DNA of 64,000 nt from Candidatus Enterousia sp. (GTDB lineage: Bacteria > Pseudomonadota > Alphaproteobacteria > Rs-D84), in NCBI GenBank assembly GCA_045587125.1, contig JAZNBN010000023.1:879-64878 (forward strand), written 5' to 3'. Under the pieces are notes generated by a model. That model did no database searches, had not been told where the DNA came from, and saw only the letters and a list, made by a program, of their open reading frames with translations. The number at the start of each line of letters is the position of its first letter. Position 1 is the stretch's first letter. Made by a program: the position numbers and the translations under genes. This document shows positions 57,913 through 64,000 of the stretch, in pieces.

Positions 57913-57988
57913 TGGTGGACGCGCAGGGACTCGAACCCTGGACCCACTGATTAAGAGTCAGTTGCTCTACCAACTGAGCTACGCATCC
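57913..57988 (-). tRNA. tRNA-Lys(CTT)
   Basis: GGATGCGTAGCTCAGTTGGTAGAGCAACTGACTCTTAATCAGT..GGTTCGAGTCC..ACCA; 76 nt. Confidence 0.97.
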
Positions 57989-58039
57989 ATATCCGATATT
58001 ATTCCTTGAATAACGGTGACAATTATAGACTTTTTTCTA

Positions 58040-59248
58040 CTAATTGCAAGTTTTTATCGCACACCAATCAACCGGACGCAATTCTACATTTTTTATTTCT
58101 TCAATATTCGCTGTACCTGCCAACCACATTACACGCCTTAAATCTTCCTTTAAATAATCGAAAACAGACACAACGCCACGCCAACCACCCAATGCCAAAC
58201 CATATATAACAGGCCGACCAATGGCCACAACGTCTGCGCCACTGGCAATCGCTTTAAATATATGTTGACCACGTCTGATACCGCTGTCAAAAATAATAGG
58301 CACACGTTTGTTTACACGTGCCGCTATCTCAGACAAAACTTCAAACGCACCGGACGCGCCGTCAAGTTGTCGCCCCCCATGATTTGAAACCCATATTGCA
58401 TCTGCGCCCCATTCTATTGCTAAATCTGCATCATCTGGGTGTTGAATTCCCTTAACAATGACAGGCAAATGCGTCATTGATTTAACACGAAAAACATCAT
58501 ATGGGGTTAAAACATTTTGCGATGCAGCAAATATACTGCTTATACCCTGCCCTTGGGTTTTCACACTTTTCTGTGCAACATTCGGCAATTTCAAAGGAAA
58601 TTTAAATTTATTTCTGGCATCTGCAATTCGGTTACCACCAATCGGTGCATCAACTGTTAGTATAATTGCACGATATCCTAAGTCCTGTGCTTGTTTAACT
58701 ATTTTACGATTAAATTCATCATCTTTACTAAGATACAATTGAAACCATTGTGGTGCACCATGACCTGCTTTGGCAATTTCTTCCAAAGTACTGCTGGCAT
58801 AATTACTGACACTCATTATTGTACCAGATGCCGCCGCCCCACGTGCTGTTCCTGCCTCGGCGGACACATGTGCCAACCCGTGTGCAGCCGCAGGTGCCAC
58901 AATAACCGGCAAAGATATATCTATCCCCAGTATTGATGTTGCAATATCTGGGATATCTACACCGGTTAAAACCCGCGGATAAATATCAACCATATCAAAC
59001 GCAGAAACATTCCGTTGCATAGTTTTTTCTGTTTCTGCCCCACCACGAATATAATCAAAAGCACCTTTTGGAATTATTTCTTGGGCCTGTTTTTCTAAAT
59101 CACCTATGTCATATATGACAACATCATTATCACGTTCTGATGCACGATATTTTTCTGGTTTATTTCTGCTATTATTTTTAACAACAACCCATACAACCAA
59201 CAGAACAAGTAATATTAAACACAACACAAAAATTATTTTTTTAATCAT
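58040..59248 (-). CDS. FMN-dependent alpha-hydroxy-acid oxidase (lactate oxidase-like) with N-terminal TM anchor
   Basis: FDYIRGGA, WFQLY, ILTVD, VIVKGI, WVSNHGGRQLDG, DSGIRRG, IGRP. Confidence 0.9.
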   Translation of the reverse strand: MIKKIIFVLCLILLVLLVVWVVVKNNSRNKPEKYRASERDNDVVIYDIGDLEKQAQEIIPKGAFDYIRGGAETEKTMQRNVSAFDMVDIYPRVLTGVDIPDIATSILGIDISLPVIVAPAAAHGLAHVSAEAGTARGAAASGTIMSVSNYASSTLEEIAKAGHGAPQWFQLYLSKDDEFNRKIVKQAQDLGYRAIILTVDAPIGGNRIADARNKFKFPLKLPNVAQKSVKTQGQGISSIFAASQNVLTPYDVFRVKSMTHLPVIVKGIQHPDDADLAIEWGADAIWVSNHGGRQLDGASGAFEVLSEIAARVNKRVPIIFDSGIRRGQHIFKAIASGADVVAIGRPVIYGLALGGWRGVVSVFDYLKEDLRRVMWLAGTANIEEIKNVELRPVDWCAIKTCN

Positions 59249-59329
59249 AAAAATCCCCCTGTTATAACCACCAGATTATCACAAGTTTTTTATTTTTATG
59301 ATTAGACAGTATTCATAAAAACGATTCGT

Positions 59330-60592
59330 TTACTTTTTCAAATAAGAAGATGGATTATATGCCTTGGTACCTTTACGGATTTCAAAATGCAATTGTGGTC
59401 TGTCCACCTTGCCTGTTTCGCCGACCATGCCAATTGTTTGCCCAACAGAAACTTTTGTTCCACGTTTAACGTTCATAGAATCCATGTGTGCATACACAGT
59501 CATCCAACCTGCATCATGCTGAATAATAATCAGATTTCCCATACCTTTTACTTCATTACCCGCATATGCCACAACACCATTTTCTGCCGCCTTGATTGCA
59601 GTTCCCTTTGATGCAGCAATATTTATACCATCATTAAACAGACCATTTGATTTTGCACCATAATCAGACAATATCTTGCCACGCAAAGGCCAACTAAATT
59701 TCGTAGAAGAACGTGCTGTTATTTTTGGTAACTTTTTTGATGGGTCCGAAGATATTTTCTTTACTGGTTCTGATTTTGTTTTTGCCGCCACCACAGGTTC
59801 TTTACCAGTTTGTCCATTTGATTCTTGGGCAACACCTACACCCTGTAAATCAGGCACACGCAAAACCTGACCCACAGATAAGGTAAATGGTGGCTTGATA
59901 TTATTCATAACCGCCAAATCATTAACCGGCACAGAATATTTACGTGACAACGAATACAAAGTATCACCTGGGGCAATTTTTATTTCTTGCAATTCAACAC
60001 GCATTTCACCACGTGAAACCACAGGTTTTCTGACCGTTAATGTATCTTGTTTGGATTCCACAGTCTTTGCGGCAACCTGTAATTTTTGTCCAACAGACAA
60101 TTGATATGGTTCTGATAAATTGTTTAATTTTGCCAATTGGTCAACAGACGTGTTATATTTTTTAGATAAACTATATAATGTATCCCCTGCAACTATAACA
60201 TGAACATTATCAGACAACTGTTCCGATTTACCATATTCTGGCACAACCAAATAATCATCTTTGATTTCCTGTTTATATTGCCCGTACATAATTTTCCCAC
60301 CTGAATCCACAGACGAATCCTGTGACGGGGCAACATAGTCATCAACACTGGCATAAATAACATAATCATCTGATGTTTCACCACCATATAAATCAGGCGA
60401 TGCATATAAATCATAGTCTGTTGCAGCAGAATTATAAATTTCCGGGTGTGTATTTGGGTCCGCCAACAATGCGGGATAACGAGCTGAAATAAAGTCCCCA
60501 ACCGAATCGGGCAATGACATTATTTTTGGTCGCAAATCACACGCAGTTTGCGTTACCAAAACACCAGATAAAATGCAGATGATTTTTTTCAC
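59330..60592 (-). CDS. LysM/M23 peptidase lipoprotein (NlpD/DipM-like)
   Basis: Lipobox-like TAC; two LysM repeats (GDTLYSLS); M23 domain NDGINI, TVYAH, LHFEIR. Confidence 0.9.
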   Translation of the reverse strand: MKKIICILSGVLVTQTACDLRPKIMSLPDSVGDFISARYPALLADPNTHPEIYNSAATDYDLYASPDLYGGETSDDYVIYASVDDYVAPSQDSSVDSGGKIMYGQYKQEIKDDYLVVPEYGKSEQLSDNVHVIVAGDTLYSLSKKYNTSVDQLAKLNNLSEPYQLSVGQKLQVAAKTVESKQDTLTVRKPVVSRGEMRVELQEIKIAPGDTLYSLSRKYSVPVNDLAVMNNIKPPFTLSVGQVLRVPDLQGVGVAQESNGQTGKEPVVAAKTKSEPVKKISSDPSKKLPKITARSSTKFSWPLRGKILSDYGAKSNGLFNDGINIAASKGTAIKAAENGVVAYAGNEVKGMGNLIIIQHDAGWMTVYAHMDSMNVKRGTKVSVGQTIGMVGETGKVDRPQLHFEIRKGTKAYNPSSYLKK

Positions 60593-60615
60593 ACACCCAT
60601 TATAGCATAAAATAA

Positions 60616-61320
60616 CTATTTACGCATAAATAAAATGCTGATTTCAAACAAAGCATACAAAGGTAATGCCAACAACATTTGAGAAACGACATCTGGTGGC
60701 GTTAAAATTGCAGCCAAAACAACAATTAAAACAATGATATACCTACGCATTTTTATAACATTTAATCTGTCTATAATTCCAATTTTATTTAACAAAACCA
60801 TAATCAAAGGCAATTGAAATGCCACACCGAATACCTTTAACATTTTAATAATGAATTGTAAATATTCACGGGCGTCTGGTAAAAATACATTTGGCACGTT
60901 ACCCGCAGTATTTAATCCAACAAAAAAATTAAACACGATTGGTAACAATAAATAAAACACAAATGCTGCACCACATAAAAACAAAATTGGTGATAAAATT
61001 AACATCGGCCAGATAAAATTTTGTTCTGACTGTTTAAGTCCCGGTTTAACAAATGCCCACACATGCCAAAAAACCACAGGCACAATTGCAACAATTGCAA
61101 ACAAAGCAGCCAAAGAAAACTGTATCATCAATCCATCTGTAACCGCTGCATACAACAACATTCCATCCGACCACACATTTAACAAAGGCTGGGTCAACCA
61201 AGATTGCATCCAAGGTGCAACATACCAACCACAAACAAAGAACACCATAAATAACAAGAACACCCATAAAATTCTTTGTTTAAGTTCTGAAAAATGTTGC
61301 ATAAGTGTCATTTTTTTCAT
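60616..61320 (-). CDS. tatC: Twin-arginine translocase TatC
   Basis: HFSELKQR, PGLK..E, FGVAFQLP, AAILTPPD. Confidence 0.95.
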   Translation of the reverse strand: MKKMTLMQHFSELKQRILWVFLLFMVFFVCGWYVAPWMQSWLTQPLLNVWSDGMLLYAAVTDGLMIQFSLAALFAIVAIVPVVFWHVWAFVKPGLKQSEQNFIWPMLILSPILFLCGAAFVFYLLLPIVFNFFVGLNTAGNVPNVFLPDAREYLQFIIKMLKVFGVAFQLPLIMVLLNKIGIIDRLNVIKMRRYIIVLIVVLAAILTPPDVVSQMLLALPLYALFEISILFMRK

Positions 61321-61616
61321 TTTGACACCTTTTTCTTTACGCATGATTTCTGGGATTTTTTCTTTACAGGCAATTTAACAGATATACCATTTAACACGTC
61401 ATCTGTGGTTGTGCGAATCAATTCATCAATTGGTTTTTCTAAATCAATTTGTTGTTTTAAATTTTCAGAAACATCCGTAATTTTCCATATAAAACTGCGT
61501 ACCATATTTACCAATCGTGCCAAAACACGCGCCACATCAGGCCACTTACGCACAGGAATAACCAAAACTGCGACAACAAATATTACAAAAAATTCAGACA
61601 AACTTATTCCAAACAT
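61317..61616 (-). CDS. tatB: Twin-arginine translocase TatB
   Basis: MFGISLSEF..I.VVAVLV TM followed by an amphipathic helix; coupled to tatC. Confidence 0.8.
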   Translation of the reverse strand: MFGISLSEFFVIFVVAVLVIPVRKWPDVARVLARLVNMVRSFIWKITDVSENLKQQIDLEKPIDELIRTTTDDVLNGISVKLPVKKKSQKSCVKKKVSK

Positions 61617-61624
61617 TTTGACTC

Positions 61625-62242
61625 TTAATCATAAAAATCGTCACCACCACTGGTACTGATTGTTTTATGTCTTTGTATTTGAAAATAATCTTTTGCAAAT
61701 TTTGTTTTTTCTTTTAAATCACGAAATACGACTTCTGTTACAGCACCCGTTGCATCAACAACCGTCCACGCACTTAACTTCACAGGATTTTTATCAAACA
61801 CAACAACCATATGTCCCAATCCCTCTTGTCCGCGAAGATTTAATTTCAATTCAAAATAATTTTTATAATCTTTTGTTTCTACGACATTTATATCTGCACC
61901 TGTTAAATCAATATTTTTACGAACCAATATACCTGCTGGCGTACTGGTCAATGGTACCGTTGTAATTTGATCCAAAGACCTGTCAAAGAAATACAAATCG
62001 TGTCCATCTGAAATCAATTGGATTGGCATATTGTCATAATCCAATCTGACCCGTCCTGGACGTAACATTGAAAACAGGCCCTTCTCTTGTCGTTTATTAG
62101 CCGTCTGAACAAATCCGCCACTAAGCCCAGTTATAGAATTCAAATATTTTTCGGCTTTTTTCACCAAACCAGAATCTACCGATGCAAACGCACCAAAAGA
62201 ACTCATAAAAAACGCCACCAAGAAGAATATTTTTTTTATCAA
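61625..62242 (-). CDS. lolA: Outer-membrane lipoprotein carrier LolA
   Basis: F.Q, RPGRVRLDY, LISDG, PLTSTPA. Confidence 0.8.
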   Translation of the reverse strand: MIKKIFFLVAFFMSSFGAFASVDSGLVKKAEKYLNSITGLSGGFVQTANKRQEKGLFSMLRPGRVRLDYDNMPIQLISDGHDLYFFDRSLDQITTVPLTSTPAGILVRKNIDLTGADINVVETKDYKNYFELKLNLRGQEGLGHMVVVFDKNPVKLSAWTVVDATGAVTEVVFRDLKEKTKFAKDYFQIQRHKTISTSGGDDFYD

Positions 62243-62243
62243 T

Positions 62244-63203
62244 TTATGCCTCCTTGAATAATTCTAAAATTCGTTTTTTTACATTTTCAATTGTATCACG
62301 TACAATTGCACCTGCCGCCCTTTCATGACCGCCACCACCCAGTGCGATTGCTATATTATCAATTGGTTTTCTACGGCTACGAATCGAAATACCTGTTTGA
62401 TCTGCTTTTTGTTCTTTTAATAAAACAATATATTCAACACCTTGGATTTGTCCTAATAAATTTAAAATTGTTTCACCACGACCGTCCAAATACTTATAAT
62501 CTTTCTTTTCTACAATTGCCAACGCCAATTTGTCATGATAAAAGAATTCTGCATTTGCAGCCGTTCTGGCCTCTAACTGTACAGCCTTACGCGGTTTATT
62601 ATTCATCAATTCAATTAAATTTCTGATATTAACACCACCATCAACCAAATCAGCCATAATACGCAACACTTCACCATTACGAGTAAATTTAAAATTACCT
62701 GTATCCGTCAATATTGCCAAAGCCAATAAATCAGCAATTTTTTGATTTATTTCCAATTTACCAGCCTGAATTATTTTATAGACAATAACTGCAGTTGCCG
62801 CGGCTGTATCATCATTTATGCACAAATTACCAATTGTATTTTCATTTTTATGATGATCTATTTCTATTACAAAGCCTGCATTATCAACAATTGGACGTGG
62901 TCCACCAATATGTACAGGATTTCCATAATCCATAACAATAGCCAAATCAACAGGTGCACTGATATCAACACGTTCATAATATTTTATACGCGAACGCAAA
63001 GGCACATAATCCAACGCATCTGGAATATTACCATCATAAACACACAATGGCTGAATTCCAAAATTCAGTTCTATTAAATGTGCCAACGCCAAAACACTGC
63101 ACATAGAATCGCCATCAGGATTTTTATGTCCCATAATTGCGATTGATTTTGCATTACGTACACGTTCTAAAAATTCTTTTATTTTTTTATCCATAACACC
63201 CAT
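62244..63203 (-). CDS. nrnA: DHH-family oligoribonuclease/pAp phosphatase NrnA
   Basis: GHKNPDGD, IDHH, ILTDTGNF, SIRS, GGGGH..AAG. Confidence 0.85.
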   Translation of the reverse strand: MGVMDKKIKEFLERVRNAKSIAIMGHKNPDGDSMCSVLALAHLIELNFGIQPLCVYDGNIPDALDYVPLRSRIKYYERVDISAPVDLAIVMDYGNPVHIGGPRPIVDNAGFVIEIDHHKNENTIGNLCINDDTAAATAVIVYKIIQAGKLEINQKIADLLALAILTDTGNFKFTRNGEVLRIMADLVDGGVNIRNLIELMNNKPRKAVQLEARTAANAEFFYHDKLALAIVEKKDYKYLDGRGETILNLLGQIQGVEYIVLLKEQKADQTGISIRSRRKPIDNIAIALGGGGHERAAGAIVRDTIENVKKRILELFKEA

Positions 63204-64000
63204 CTATATTGCAATATCTTCTAATACGAATTGAACACTTATATGACCGTTGTATTCATTTTCTTTCAATTTACCCAACATCTTTATTGTAGTATTTGTA
63301 TTTGCATCGTCCAGTAAAAAATCACCAACTGGCGTCCCAACCAAATTAAAACCAACAAAAGCCAATTTTGTTCCCGCACTTGTCCCCACACTTCCACGCA
63401 AATGTGCACCCCCTGCCTCCATAACGGACACATGTCGCAATTGCGCATCACGCAACACCAACAAGGGCTCTGGATTTCCCTGACCAAAAGGTTCCAAAGC
63501 CCCCAATTGACGCACCAACCGCATATTTGCCCCCCCGGCATCAATTTCTGCATCAACCAAGACCTGTGGACTGGGTCTTTCACCATGCAACTGTTCATTC
63601 ACAGCATTTTCCAAGAACCTGCAAAACGCATCTTCATTTTCTGCCGGCAAAGAAAATCCTGCTGCTGCCGCATGCCCACCACCCTCGGACACAATACCCG
63701 CAGCCAACGCATCATGAATAATTTTACCCAAATCAATTCCTGCGATTGAACGCCCCGAACCATTTATTATACCATCGGCACGTGTTGCCACACACGACGG
63801 TAAATTATACTTGTCTTTTAATCGTCCGGCAATGATTCCCATAACACCACCATGCCAATTATCACCGCACACAAATAAACTGCAACGTCCAGACTCGCAA
63901 CATTGTTGGGCCATTTCACATGCGCGCAACATAATTGCATTTTGAATATCGATTCGCTCCTGGTTCATTTGATGCAATTTTTCGGCCAAATCATACGCAA
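63204..64000 (-). CDS. recJ: ssDNA exonuclease RecJ (5' part outside the window)
   Basis: WHGGVMGIIAGRL, GSGRS, GGHAAAAG, LEPFGQGNPEP. Confidence 0.95.
   Translation of the reverse strand, partial: AYDLAEKLHQMNQERIDIQNAIMLRACEMAQQCCESGRCSLFVCGDNWHGGVMGIIAGRLKDKYNLPSCVATRADGIINGSGRSIAGIDLGKIIHDALAAGIVSEGGGHAAAAGFSLPAENEDAFCRFLENAVNEQLHGERPSPQVLVDAEIDAGGANMRLVRQLGALEPFGQGNPEPLLVLRDAQLRHVSVMEAGGAHLRGSVGTSAGTKLAFVGFNLVGTPVGDFLLDDANTNTTIKMLGKLKENEYNGHISVQFVLEDIAI

Noticed and set aside
1-64000. Complete DGR, integron integrase, IS transposase or rRNA in the window
   Set aside because: I saw no reverse transcriptase, tyrosine recombinase, DDE/HUH transposase or rRNA signature, so the related findings depend on factors encoded elsewhere.

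Overview
AT-rich bacterial chromosomal segment. The gene content points to a reduced alphaproteobacterium (ftsE-ftsX-ydcF-plsC, tolB, uvrC-pgsA, parE, gatCAB, lolA-tatB-tatC-nlpD). An Rs-D84/'Ca. Enterousia'-like gut lineage is my inference and is not verified. Housekeeping genes are interleaved with Cys-rich or fibre-like secreted proteins, type IV pilus parts, two tRNAs and palindromic repeats. The main finding is at two paralogous surface-protein genes (17642-19237 and 38452-39756, minus strand) with conserved ends and variable middles. Each has the same upstream module: a promoter, a short leader ORF (M-x-KFRRNLERERER...) containing an (AG)n microsatellite, a 9-bp hairpin, and a 19-bp terminator hairpin, followed by the gene. 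Only one of the three slippage frames (n=8 or 11) carries the ribosome to a stop inside the terminator's 5' arm. That frame is preserved between the copies by an exact 3-nt indel. This suggests a slipped-strand, phase-variable attenuator, with both copies predicted OFF (n=10 and n=9). Both genes are bracketed by direct copies of a ~106-bp structured palindrome with covarying stems, giving a cassette-like layout. One gene also has a GC-rich segment resembling a DGR variable repeat. Coordinates and counts were read by eye and no searches were run.
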